From: Chthoniobacterales bacterium
GTDB taxonomy: Bacteria > Verrucomicrobiota > Verrucomicrobiia > Chthoniobacterales > JACTMZ01
Direction: 5' to 3'
Assembly: GCA_049315725.1 (NCBI GenBank)
Contig: JBMOJP010000003.1
Coordinates: 7,909 to 71,908, forward strand
DNA length: 64,000 nucleotides
Made by a program: the position numbers and the translations under genes. Under the pieces are notes generated by a model that ran no database searches, had not been told where the DNA came from, and worked only from the letters and a program-made list of their open reading frames with translations. Shown here piece after piece: positions 37,072 through 46,054 of the stretch (within the stretch, counting starts at the first letter, position 1; each line of letters opens with the position of its first letter).

Positions 37072-38081
37072 AACAGGCTCTGCTGCTCGCGTTCGAAACC
37101 TCCTGCGACGAAACCGCGGTCGCCGTCATGGCCGGCTCGGGCGACCTGCGAGCCAGCGTGGTCGCCTCGCAGGCGGAGGTCCATGCGGTCTATGGCGGGG
37201 TGGTGCCCGAGGTGGCCTCGCGCAACCATGCCGCCCATCTGCGTGCTTTGATCGCCGAATGCTTGGACGACGCGGGATTGTTGCTCCACGAGATTGATGT
37301 CTTCGCCGCCACGACCGGCCCGGGCCTGCCCAGTGCCTTGCTCGTCGGCGTGGCCGCAGCCAAGGGCCTGGCCCTGGCCTGTGAGCGGCCCTTTGTTGCG
37401 GTCAACCACATTGAAGGCCATCTGCTTTCGCCGTTTTTCGGCCGCGCACAGGTTCCGGCCTGCCTTGGATTGGTTGTCAGCGGAGGGCATACCCTGCTGG
37501 TCGATGTCGAGGGCGCCGGGCGCTACCGTCTGCTCGGACGAACGCTGGACGATGCCGCAGGGGAAGCCTTCGACAAGGTCGCCAAGCTGATGGGGCTGCC
37601 TTATCCGGGTGGCCCGGAAGTTGAGCGCGAGGCCAGGCAGGGCAACCCGGCGCGGTTCGAACTCCCCCGCAGCATGATGTGTTCGGGGGATTTCAACTTC
37701 AGCTTCAGCGGTCTGAAGACGGCGGTTCGCTACCTGTTGCCCAAGACGACGGCGGCGGATCGTCCTGATGTCTGCGCCGGGTTTCAGGACGCCGTGGTCG
37801 AAGTGCTGGTGGACAAGGCTGTGCGGGCGGCGCGCGAGCGGAAGCGTTCGCTCATCGCGGTGAGTGGGGGGGTCGGACTCAACGGGAGACTGCGCGAAAC
37901 ACTGGCTGCGGCAGCGACGGCCACCGGGTTGGAGGTCCTGTTCGCCGAGCCTTGGCTGTGCGGTGACAACGCGGCCATGATCGCCTACGCGGCGGCCCAG
38001 CGTGGTGCTTCGGAGGGGGGCGGGGACCTTGCGGTGGACATCGCGCCGACCTTGGTCGACAGCTTTTTCCAAAGTTCCTGA
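37068..38081 (+). CDS. tsaD: tRNA N6-adenosine threonylcarbamoyltransferase
   Basis: FETSCDETAVAV, VNHIEGHL, SGGVGLN. TTG start overlaps the protease stop. Confidence 0.9.
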   Translation: MKQALLLAFETSCDETAVAVMAGSGDLRASVVASQAEVHAVYGGVVPEVASRNHAAHLRALIAECLDDAGLLLHEIDVFAATTGPGLPSALLVGVAAAKGLALACERPFVAVNHIEGHLLSPFFGRAQVPACLGLVVSGGHTLLVDVEGAGRYRLLGRTLDDAAGEAFDKVAKLMGLPYPGGPEVEREARQGNPARFELPRSMMCSGDFNFSFSGLKTAVRYLLPKTTAADRPDVCAGFQDAVVEVLVDKAVRAARERKRSLIAVSGGVGLNGRLRETLAAAATATGLEVLFAEPWLCGDNAAMIAYAAAQRGASEGGGDLAVDIAPTLVDSFFQSS

Positions 38082-38135
38082 ATATTGGCGCGAAAATTGC
38101 TTGCAGTTCAATGACCGTCCGGGCGTTGTAGTCTC

Positions 38136-39524
38136 ATGCCGGGCCTGCAGCAAAGCGTTCAGACAGGGCAACAGCAACTGTTGTCGCCCCAGATGCGTCA
38201 AAGTCTGGAGATTTTGCAAGCCACAGCGCTCGAATTGGAGCAGATGGTGCGCCAGGAATTGGAGGCGAATCCTGTGCTGGAAGAAGAGCGGCCCGAGGAG
38301 GAGGTGGAGGGGGAGGCTGAATCCGAGGAAGAGGATGATGATGAGCTCACGAGGCTGCGGGACCTGGATGAGGATTGGCGGACTTTTTCGGCCGAGGGTG
38401 CGCAGGACACGGAGGCGGAGGTGCGGCGGCAGCATTTTCTTGAGGGGGTGACTCCGCCGGAAAGTCTGGAGCATCATCTCGAGAAACAGCTGGCCCGGCT
38501 GGCGCTTGATCCCGTGCAGCGCCGCGTGGCTTCGCTGCTCGTGGGGAATCTCAACGAGGACGGCTACCTCGCGGCTACGCTCGAGGAGGTGGCGGATGAG
38601 GCCCGGGTGGAAACCGCCGAGGTTTTGCCGGTTTTGCAACTGCTCCAGACGCTCGATCCTCCCGGGGTGGCCGCGCGGGACCTGCCGGAGTGTCTTTTCC
38701 TCCAACTCGCCCGCCAGGGCCACGGGGGGGGGACGGCGGCCCATCTTGTCCGAGAGCATCTCGAGCGGCTCGGGCGGAAAAAATTCGCCGAGATTGCTTC
38801 CGTCATGGGCGTCAGTCAGGAGGCGGTGCGCGAGGCGGGGGCGCTCATCGCGCGGCTCAACCCGAAGCCGGGCGGGGTTTTTTCCGGCGAAGCCGCCCAG
38901 ACGCTTTCGCCTGACGTCATCATCGAGCGGGTGGGCGACGACTTTCTCGTCTCGCTGGTTCGCGACCGTGTGCCGCATCTGCGGATCAGCCGGGCCTACC
39001 GCGATCTGCTGGGCGATTCGGGCCGTTCCGCCGAGGTGCGGACCTACCTGCGGGACAAGATTCGGGGCGGAAAGTTTCTCATCAAGAGCATCCAGCAACG
39101 TCAGCAGACCATTCTGGCCATCGCCCGCGAAATCGTCGCGCGTCAGCGTCCGTTCCTCGAGGATGGCGTGTCGGCCCTGGTTCCCATGACCATGGCCCGG
39201 GTGGCCGAGGCCGTGGGAGTTCACGAAACGACCGTCAGCCGCGCCATGGCCGGCAAGTCGGTGGCCACGCCGCAGGGGGTCTTCGAGATGAAGTTCTTCT
39301 TCACCACCGGATACCAAACGGCCGACGGCGGGCAGGTCAGCAACACCAGCGTGAAGGAGGAGATTGCCGCGCTCATCCGGGCGGAGGATGGGCGGCGGCC
39401 GTTGAGTGATCAGCAGCTGATGGAACGATTGAAGGCCGACGGCTGGCCGGTGGCCCGTCGCACGGTGGCCAAGTATCGCGAGGCGCTCGGGGTGCTGCCG
39501 AGTCACCTGCGAAAATCCTTTTGA
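38136..39524 (+). CDS. rpoN: RNA polymerase sigma-54 factor
   Basis: Gln-rich region I (QQQLLSPQMRQSLEILQ), an acidic linker, and an HTH plus RpoN box (RRTVAKYREALGV). Confidence 0.95.
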   Translation: MPGLQQSVQTGQQQLLSPQMRQSLEILQATALELEQMVRQELEANPVLEEERPEEEVEGEAESEEEDDDELTRLRDLDEDWRTFSAEGAQDTEAEVRRQHFLEGVTPPESLEHHLEKQLARLALDPVQRRVASLLVGNLNEDGYLAATLEEVADEARVETAEVLPVLQLLQTLDPPGVAARDLPECLFLQLARQGHGGGTAAHLVREHLERLGRKKFAEIASVMGVSQEAVREAGALIARLNPKPGGVFSGEAAQTLSPDVIIERVGDDFLVSLVRDRVPHLRISRAYRDLLGDSGRSAEVRTYLRDKIRGGKFLIKSIQQRQQTILAIAREIVARQRPFLEDGVSALVPMTMARVAEAVGVHETTVSRAMAGKSVATPQGVFEMKFFFTTGYQTADGGQVSNTSVKEEIAALIRAEDGRRPLSDQQLMERLKADGWPVARRTVAKYREALGVLPSHLRKSF

Positions 39525-39556
39525 TTCGCGGCACGTCCGCTGAAACTGGCCCGTTT

Positions 39557-40618
39557 ATGGCAGAACTAACCGGTGACGACGTGCGCGAGGCCCTGCGGGG
39601 AGTGAAGTATCCCGGCTTCAGCCGCGACATCATTTCCTTCGGGCTGGTTTCCTCGGTCGAGGTGAGCGGGGGCGATGTTCTGGTCAAACTCTCGATTGCC
39701 GCGGCGGATCCGGCCGTCGCGCAGCAAATCCATCGAGCGTGCATGGAGGCATTGACCGCTCTGCCCAGCGTGCGAACCCCGCAGGTGTTGATCGATTTGC
39801 AGAAAGCCCCGGTGGCCGCGTCGCCCGGAGCCACCCGCATCGAGGGGGTCAGGCATGTGATCGCCGTGGCCAGCGGCAAGGGCGGAGTGGGCAAAAGCAC
39901 CGTGGCGTCGAATCTCGCCCAGGCGCTGAGTTTGGGCGGGGTCCGCACCGGTCTGTGCGATTGCGACCTCTACGGCCCGAGCATTTCCCTCATGTTTGGC
40001 ACGACGGAGCAACCGGCCGCAACCGATGACAACCTCATCCTCCCCGTCGAACGTTACGGCTTGAAGTTGATGTCCATGGGATTCCTGACCGATGCGGACA
40101 CACCGGCGGTGCTGCGGGGGCCGATGGTCACGCGCTACACCCAGCAATTTCTCCGCCAGGTGGCCTGGGGGAACCTGGATTATCTCGTGCTCGACCTGCC
40201 GCCGGGCACGGGAGACATCCAGTTGACGGTGGTTCAGACCGTGGCGCTGGCGGGCGCGGTGGTGGTGACAACGCCGCAGGAGGTGGCCTTGATCGATGCG
40301 CGCAAAGCCGTCTCGATGTTCCACAAAACCAATGTCCGCGTGCTGGGGATCGTGGAGAACATGAGCTACTTCCTCTGCCCGAGCGACGGCGTGCGTTACG
40401 ACATTTTCGGGAGCGGCGGTGGCCAGCGCGAGGCCGCTCGCCTCGGAGTTCCACTTCTCGGAACCGTGCCCATCGACATTCCGACCCGCGAGGCCGGCGA
40501 CACCGGGATGCCCGTGGTGGCCCGCGCGCAGGAGAGCGCGGTCGGGCAGGAGTTCATGCGGATCGCTGCGGCCGTGCGGGCCGCGGTGGAGGATGGGGTG
40601 GTCATGCCGTCGGCTTGA
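39557..40618 (+). CDS. apbC: Fe-S cluster carrier ATPase (Mrp/ApbC/NBP35 family)
   Basis: DUF59-like N-terminus, deviant Walker A (ASGKGGVGKST) and a CxxxC-like motif (YFLCPSDG). ATG 39557 lies within the track ORF that starts at 39521. Confidence 0.9.
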   Translation: MAELTGDDVREALRGVKYPGFSRDIISFGLVSSVEVSGGDVLVKLSIAAADPAVAQQIHRACMEALTALPSVRTPQVLIDLQKAPVAASPGATRIEGVRHVIAVASGKGGVGKSTVASNLAQALSLGGVRTGLCDCDLYGPSISLMFGTTEQPAATDDNLILPVERYGLKLMSMGFLTDADTPAVLRGPMVTRYTQQFLRQVAWGNLDYLVLDLPPGTGDIQLTVVQTVALAGAVVVTTPQEVALIDARKAVSMFHKTNVRVLGIVENMSYFLCPSDGVRYDIFGSGGGQREAARLGVPLLGTVPIDIPTREAGDTGMPVVARAQESAVGQEFMRIAAAVRAAVEDGVVMPSA

Positions 40619-40651
40619 CGCAGGCTCCGTTTACTGCAACAGTTTAGCATC

Positions 40652-40885
40652 ATGACTGCCCCCCACGGCGAGGATGCCCGCCTCGTTCGCAATTCCACCC
40701 TTTATCGGGAATTTCTGGCCGAAAGGGAGGAAATACTGCGCCACAAGTGGATCGAAAGCGAGAAGCTTGGGCATGACATTGGTTTCGAGAAGGCCTTGCT
40801 CGATTGGGTCATGCGTCACCGGAGTGCATGGCGCGATACGCGGGTCCGGGCCGGGCGGGAAAGCCGATCCGGCCACGCGGGTTGA
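40652..40885 (+). CDS. Small conserved-looking hypothetical protein
   Basis: 77 aa. The helical core EILRHKWIESEKLGHDIGFEKALLDWV recalls a small protein family I cannot name with confidence. Confidence 0.5.
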   Translation: MTAPHGEDARLVRNSTLYREFLAEREEILRHKWIESEKLGHDIGFEKALLDWVMRHRSAWRDTRVRAGRESRSGHAG

Positions 40886-40931
40886 TTGTGGTGCTGACAG
40901 GCGGCGAGGTTTCAGGGCAAACTCGCCGACC

Positions 40932-41471
40932 ATGACGTGCGACGAGGCCGGCCAACAACTGCACGACGCCGGATTCGTTTTTCAAGCGTTGGGCCGGATG
41001 GCCGATGGCTTGGCCCGAGAATTGAAGGAGGCCGGGCCTGTTTTTCTCGCGGGGATTCCGACCCGCGGCGTCACTCTCGCCCTGCGCTTGCGGGATGCGC
41101 TGCGGGAGCGGGGCCTCGACTGTCCGACCGGTTCGGTGGATATTTCGATGCATCGTGACGATCTCGGGCTCCGTCAGGGGATTCATCCGCTCCTCCGCAC
41201 GGAACTGCCGCTCAACCCGGAGGGATGGAATATCGTTCTGGTCGACGACGTCCAGCACACCGGGCGCACGGCCCGGGCGGCGCTTGAAGCGGTGCTGGCT
41301 TTTGGGCGTCCGCGGCGAATCCTCTACGCCGTGCTGGCCGACCGCGGCGGGCGCGAACTTCCAGTCAGACCCGACTTCACCGGGGTGGAGCTATCCGTGC
41401 CTCCAGAGGCTCGCGTGCGGGTGCGCCTCGCCGGCACGGATGAGGAGGCGGAGGGAATCTACCAGTCATGA
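40932..41471 (+). CDS. pyrR: Bifunctional pyrimidine operon regulator / uracil phosphoribosyltransferase PyrR
   Basis: PRT motif IVLVDDVQHTGRTARAAL, plus AVLADRGGRELPVRPDF. ATG 40932 lies within track ORF 40674..41471. Confidence 0.9.
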   Translation: MTCDEAGQQLHDAGFVFQALGRMADGLARELKEAGPVFLAGIPTRGVTLALRLRDALRERGLDCPTGSVDISMHRDDLGLRQGIHPLLRTELPLNPEGWNIVLVDDVQHTGRTARAALEAVLAFGRPRRILYAVLADRGGRELPVRPDFTGVELSVPPEARVRVRLAGTDEEAEGIYQS

Positions 41472-42403
41472 ACTGGACCCGCAAAGATCTGCACGCGCTC
41501 TCCGTTCTCTCGGCGGAAGAAATCACCTTCGTCCTCGACACGGCGGCCCAGTTCAAAGGCGTGGGCCAGCGCCGTTTGAAGAAATTTCCCAGCCTTCGCG
41601 GCAAGACCTTGGTCAATCTGTTCGTCGAGGCCAGCACGCGGACCCGCACATCGTTTGAGTTGGCGGCCGTGCGGCTGAGTGCGGATGTGGTCAACATCAG
41701 CGCGACCGCCTCCAGCCTGTCGAAAGGGGAGAGCCTCAAAGACACGGCCAAAACCCTCGAAGCGCTGGCCGCCGACTTGATCGTCCTGCGCCATCCGGCG
41801 GCGGGCGCCTCCCAGTTCCTCGCCGAGCGGCTGCGCGCCGGGGTCATCAATGCCGGGGACGGTTCGCATGAGCACCCCACCCAGGGGTTGCTCGACGTTT
41901 TCACCATCCGCGAACGACTCGGCCGGGTGGCCGGGGTGAAAGTTGGCATCGTCGGGGATATCCGCTTCAGCCGCGTCGCCCGCTCGAACCTGCACGCCCT
42001 GACCAAGCTGGGCGCCGAGGTCACGCTGATCGGACCCACCACGCTCGTCCCCCGGGAGTTTGCCCGCACCGGGGCGCGGATCACGCACCGGTTGGACGAC
42101 GTGCTGGGCGAATTGGACGTGATCAATCTCCTGCGCATCCAGCACGAGCGGCAGCGGTCCGGCTATTTCCCCGGAACCGGCGAGTATGCCAGCTTGTTCG
42201 GGCTTAACGCCGCGCGGGCCGCACGGCTCAAGCCGGGAGCGCTGGTCATGCATCCCGGGCCGATCAACCGCGGCGTCGAACTGGATGGTTCGGTGGCCGA
42301 TGGGCCGCAGAGCGTGATTTTGGACCAGGTGACCAATGGTCTGGCTGTGCGGATGGCCGTGCTTTATCTCTGCGGGTCAATCCCGCCTCGGGAGGAAGCA
42401 TGA
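41468..42403 (+). CDS. pyrB: Aspartate carbamoyltransferase catalytic subunit
   Basis: EASTRTRTSFE, HPTQGLLD, HPGPINRG. ATGA overlaps on both sides. Confidence 0.95.
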   Translation: MNWTRKDLHALSVLSAEEITFVLDTAAQFKGVGQRRLKKFPSLRGKTLVNLFVEASTRTRTSFELAAVRLSADVVNISATASSLSKGESLKDTAKTLEALAADLIVLRHPAAGASQFLAERLRAGVINAGDGSHEHPTQGLLDVFTIRERLGRVAGVKVGIVGDIRFSRVARSNLHALTKLGAEVTLIGPTTLVPREFARTGARITHRLDDVLGELDVINLLRIQHERQRSGYFPGTGEYASLFGLNAARAARLKPGALVMHPGPINRGVELDGSVADGPQSVILDQVTNGLAVRMAVLYLCGSIPPREEA

Positions 42404-43680
42404 GAAATTCAGTCACCATCCGCGGCGGTCGCGTCATCGATCCCGCCTCAGACCGGGACGAGATCGGCGAGATTTACGTGCAGGACGGCCGGTTGGCGGC
42501 GTCGCCGGGCGAGGGGGCGATCGAGATTGATGCGACCGGCTTGGTGGTTTGTCCCGGGTTCATTGATATTCATGTCCATCTGCGCGAGCCGGGTCAGGGG
42601 GCGAAGGAGACGATCGAAACAGGGACGCGAGCAGCCGCGGCCGGAGGGTTCACCAGCGTGGTGGCCATGCCCAACACGCAGCCGGTGGCGGATCATCCCG
42701 GGATCATCGCCTGGATGCAGGAGCGCGCCGCCGCGGTCGGCGTGGTTAATGTCTTCACCACCGGCGCGATCACCATCGGCTCGCAGGGCGAACAACTCGC
42801 CCCGATCGGCGCGATGGCGGCAGCCGGTATCGTTGCGGTCACGGATGACGGACGCTGCGTGCAGAATCACGAGATCATGCGGCGGGCCGCAGAATACTGC
42901 GGGATGTTCGGTTTGCCGATCATGGACCACTGTCAGGATGTATCGCTGGCCGGGGCCGAGGCCATGATGCATGAGGGGTATTGGAGCACGATGCTCGGAC
43001 TGCCCGGGTGGCCCCGCATGGCCGAGGAAATCATCGTGGCCCGCGATGCTCTCCTGGCCGAGGCCACCGGCACGCGGTTTCACTGCCAGCATCTTTCCTC
43101 CGCCGGCAGCGTGCGCATTTTGCGCGAGGCCCGGGCCCGGGGTATCCCGCTGAGCGGCGAGGTCTGTCCGCATCATTTGGCCCTGACCGACGAGTCGCTG
43201 GGCGATTATGACACCAACTTCAAAATGAACCCGCCGCTGCGTGAGGCGTCGGATATCGAGGCCCTCCTTGGGGGCATTGCCGATGGGACCATTGAGATTC
43301 TGGCCACCGACCATGCGCCCCATGCCGCCTACGAAAAAGAGGTGGAGTTCTCCGCCGCGCCGTTCGGAATCTTGGGCCTGGAAACCGCGGTGGGTTTGTT
43401 CTGTGATCTGCTGCTGCACCAGCACCGCGTGCTTGAGGTGCCTGCGCTGGTCGCCATGCTCACGCGCAATCCGGCCCGCCTGCTCGGGTTGGATCGAGGC
43501 ACACTCGCCGTGGGTCGGCCGGGTGATGTCACGCTGTTCGACCCGGCCCGTGAGTGGTGCGTGGATAAGAATGCCTTTGCGTCCAAGTCCAGAAACACGC
43601 CTTTCCATGGGCGCGTGCTCCGTGGGCGTGCCGTCCGGACGGTCGTGGGTGGCCGCACCGTGTGGACGGCAGACTCGTGA
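42400..43680 (+). CDS. pyrC: Dihydroorotase
   Basis: DIHVHLREPG, TDHAPH. Amidohydrolase fold. Confidence 0.9.
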   Translation: MRNSVTIRGGRVIDPASDRDEIGEIYVQDGRLAASPGEGAIEIDATGLVVCPGFIDIHVHLREPGQGAKETIETGTRAAAAGGFTSVVAMPNTQPVADHPGIIAWMQERAAAVGVVNVFTTGAITIGSQGEQLAPIGAMAAAGIVAVTDDGRCVQNHEIMRRAAEYCGMFGLPIMDHCQDVSLAGAEAMMHEGYWSTMLGLPGWPRMAEEIIVARDALLAEATGTRFHCQHLSSAGSVRILREARARGIPLSGEVCPHHLALTDESLGDYDTNFKMNPPLREASDIEALLGGIADGTIEILATDHAPHAAYEKEVEFSAAPFGILGLETAVGLFCDLLLHQHRVLEVPALVAMLTRNPARLLGLDRGTLAVGRPGDVTLFDPAREWCVDKNAFASKSRNTPFHGRVLRGRAVRTVVGGRTVWTADS

Positions 43681-44840
43681 GCGCGGCTTTCGAGGTGTTG
43701 GCCGCGGATTCCTCTTCCGCCGGGCGGCGCGGCCGCCTTCGCACCCGCCGCGGAGTCATTGAGACGCCGATTTTCATGCCGGTCGGCACGCAGGGCACGG
43801 TCAAGGCGGTCAGCCCGCGCGAGCTGCGCGAGTTGCCGGCGCAGGTCATCCTCGGCAACACCTACCACCTTTTCGTCCGTCCAGGCCTCGACGTGATCCG
43901 CAAGCTTGGTGGGTTGCATCGCTTCATGGGCTGGGACGGCCCCATCCTGACCGACAGCGGGGGATTCCAGGTCTTTTCGCTGGCCAAGCTGCGTCGCATC
44001 ACCGAGGAGGGGGTCTATTTTCAAAACCACCTCGACGGCACTCCGTGCTTCATCGGTCCGGAGACCTCGATGGAGATCCAGCACACGCTTGGCTCGGATA
44101 TTGTCATGGCCTTCGACGAATGTCCCCCGCATCCGTGCACGCACGAGGCGGCGGCGCAGAGCCTCGGTCTCACCCTGCGCTGGGAGCGGCGGTGTCTTGA
44201 CTGGTGGAGGGCCCGGAACGAGGGCGGGGAACGTCCCCTGCTTTTCGGCATCGTGCAGGGCTCGAGCCATGCGGATCTCCGTGAGCGCTCGGCCCGCGAG
44301 CTTGTCGCCATGGGCTGGGATGGTTATGCGGTCGGCGGAGTGAGCGTGGGTGAACCGGAAAAAGAAATGATGGAGGCGGTGGATTTTGCCGTTCCTTATC
44401 TGCCCGTGAATCGCCCCCGCTATGCCATGGGTCTGGGCACGCCGCCGCAGATGGTCGAGATGGTGGCGCGGGGCATTGACATGTTTGATTGCGTCCTGCC
44501 CACGCGCGTGGCCCGGAACGGCACGGCTTTCGCCGAGCACGGCACGATGAATTTGAAGAATGCCTGTTTCACCTTGGACGAGCGGCCCATCGAGGAGGGG
44601 TGCGGTTGCTACGCGTGTGGTAATTTTTCCCGCGCTTATCTGCGGCACCTCGTCAAGGCGGAGGAAATTCTCGGGCTGCGCCTCATCACGCTGCACAACC
44701 TGCACTTTTACCTGCGGCTGATGGAGCGGGTGAGAGAATCAATCGAGGCGGGCCAGTTCGCCGCTTTTCGACGGGAGTTTGTCGGCGGCTACCAGCCGCA
44801 CAGACCGCAGACGGATCCGGCGGATCAGGGATCCTGCTGA
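43677..44840 (+). CDS. tgt: Queuine tRNA-ribosyltransferase
   Basis: TPIFMPVGTQGTVK, LTDSGGFQV, DECP, and a zinc site (CGCYACGNFSRAYLRHL). GTG 43677 overlaps the pyrC stop; GTG 43662 is an alternative start. Confidence 0.95.
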   Translation: MSAAFEVLAADSSSAGRRGRLRTRRGVIETPIFMPVGTQGTVKAVSPRELRELPAQVILGNTYHLFVRPGLDVIRKLGGLHRFMGWDGPILTDSGGFQVFSLAKLRRITEEGVYFQNHLDGTPCFIGPETSMEIQHTLGSDIVMAFDECPPHPCTHEAAAQSLGLTLRWERRCLDWWRARNEGGERPLLFGIVQGSSHADLRERSARELVAMGWDGYAVGGVSVGEPEKEMMEAVDFAVPYLPVNRPRYAMGLGTPPQMVEMVARGIDMFDCVLPTRVARNGTAFAEHGTMNLKNACFTLDERPIEEGCGCYACGNFSRAYLRHLVKAEEILGLRLITLHNLHFYLRLMERVRESIEAGQFAAFRREFVGGYQPHRPQTDPADQGSC

Positions 44841-45241
44841 TCGTTGCGGACGTAGGGGTAGCGCGATTCGAAACCGATCTCGGGCGGGAACTCGCTGAAT
44901 CCGCTGTGAATCCACTGCACATTGCTGCGGTAGGGCGGGGCGTAGGTGCCCTTGTAGCTCGGGATGGGGAAAAGGAAAACGTCGTAGAGACCGTAGCCCA
45001 GACGGGCAAATCCGCGCGCGAGCCCGCGGACCACGCCGTAGCTGAACGCGGCGTTGTTGCCTTCCATGTAGTTGACCGAGAGCATCGAGTCGGGCAGCTC
45101 GGTGAAGCCGAAGCAGATGTTGCCAAGGCCCCGCCCTAGCTTGCGGGTCGGGCCGTTGTCGGAGGAGGGCGGCTGCTGGATGTCCGCGAGGGCCACAGCC
45201 GAGGTGAGGACAAGGGCGACAAGGGTCAAGGAGCGCTTCAT
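44825..45241 (-). CDS. Small secreted protein resembling the exosortase-system-associated TIGR04073 family
   Basis: Signal peptide followed by KLGRGLGNICFGFTELP, which I recall as that family's motif. 138 aa. The 3' end overlaps tgt by 16 nt. Confidence 0.55.
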   Translation of the reverse strand: MKRSLTLVALVLTSAVALADIQQPPSSDNGPTRKLGRGLGNICFGFTELPDSMLSVNYMEGNNAAFSYGVVRGLARGFARLGYGLYDVFLFPIPSYKGTYAPPYRSNVQWIHSGFSEFPPEIGFESRYPYVRNDQQDP

Positions 45242-45298
45242 AATGCAAATCTTCTTAGCATTGCCGTGAGGCGGTTGGCAAGCGCCGGGTTGCGGAGG

Positions 45299-45910
45299 TC
45301 AATCACCCAACTCGACATCCCAGCACCCGACATCGACGAAATGGCGCCAGGTGTCATGAATTCCCGCCGAATAGGTCAAGTGAATGAAGGGGCGCCACCG
45401 CGGGCGGGCGGGGGTCTTGAGCAGTTGCATGTTGGCCTCGTGGGGCAGGCGGTTGCCCTTGCGGGTGTTGCAGGGGATGCAGGAGCAGACCACGTTGTCC
45501 CAGGTGGTTTGACCCCCCCGCTGTCGCGGGAGCACATGGTCGAGGTTGAGTTCCTGCCGGTCGAGGGTGCGCGCGCAATACTGGCAGGTGTGCTTGTCCC
45601 GCTCGTAGATGTTCTGCCGGGTGAACTTCACCTCCTTGCTCGGCAAACGGTCAAAAATCAGGAGCACGATGACGGTGGGCACGCGGATGCGGAAGCGCAC
45701 GGCATGAACCATGTCGGGCGTCGGTTCGGTTTGGGAGAAGTCGTGCCAGCTGGCGAAATCGTGGCTCAGGTAGTTGTTCCCCTCGTCCCGCCAGACGACC
45801 TGCGCATGGCCTTGGTAGAGGAGGGTGAAGGCGCGGCGGGCGCTGCAGACGTTGACCGCCTGCCACAATCGGTTGAGCACCAGAACGTGCCTGTCGAGTA
45901 ACGCCTCCAT
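45299..45910 (-). CDS. HNH endonuclease-family protein
   Basis: CQYC...LNLDHVLPRQRGGQTTWDNVVCSCIPCNTRKG (HNH with two Cys pairs) after a ~100-aa N-terminal domain. Confidence 0.85.
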   Translation of the reverse strand: MEALLDRHVLVLNRLWQAVNVCSARRAFTLLYQGHAQVVWRDEGNNYLSHDFASWHDFSQTEPTPDMVHAVRFRIRVPTVIVLLIFDRLPSKEVKFTRQNIYERDKHTCQYCARTLDRQELNLDHVLPRQRGGQTTWDNVVCSCIPCNTRKGNRLPHEANMQLLKTPARPRWRPFIHLTYSAGIHDTWRHFVDVGCWDVELGD

Positions 45911-46016
45911 TCAGCTTGGTCGCAGCGGCCTTCGCGCGGCGCGCGCTGCAGTTAAGAGCAAATTAGCAACTCGCGAAACTTTGTCAAACGGTCGACCAAG
46001 GGCTCCAGCAGGGCGA

Positions 46017-46044
46017 TTGCGTTTTATCCGCCTTACCCTATAGT
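46017..46044 (+). promoter_or_regulatory. Candidate sigma-70 promoter (TTGCGT-N16-TATAGT)
   Basis: The -10 element ends 10 nt before ATG 46055, implying a very short leader. This argues against the GTG 46043 start. Confidence 0.35.
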
Positions 46045-46054
46045 GGTGGATCGC

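Noticed and set aside
36612-39506. A 964-aa minus-strand ORF, and similar long ORFs opposite known genes (e.g. 7594..9771-, 3306..4841-, 29803..31635+, 55733..57433+, 43329..44705-, 13999..15456-, 12643..13872-, 62104..63360+).
   Set aside because: Each lies antisense to a gene with clear family motifs (rpoN/tsaD, cyclase, mutB, uvrB, ilvD, tgt, aspS/UGPase, kdgK). Their translations are R/G/P/L/H-rich and low in complexity, which is typical of shadow ORFs in high-GC DNA.
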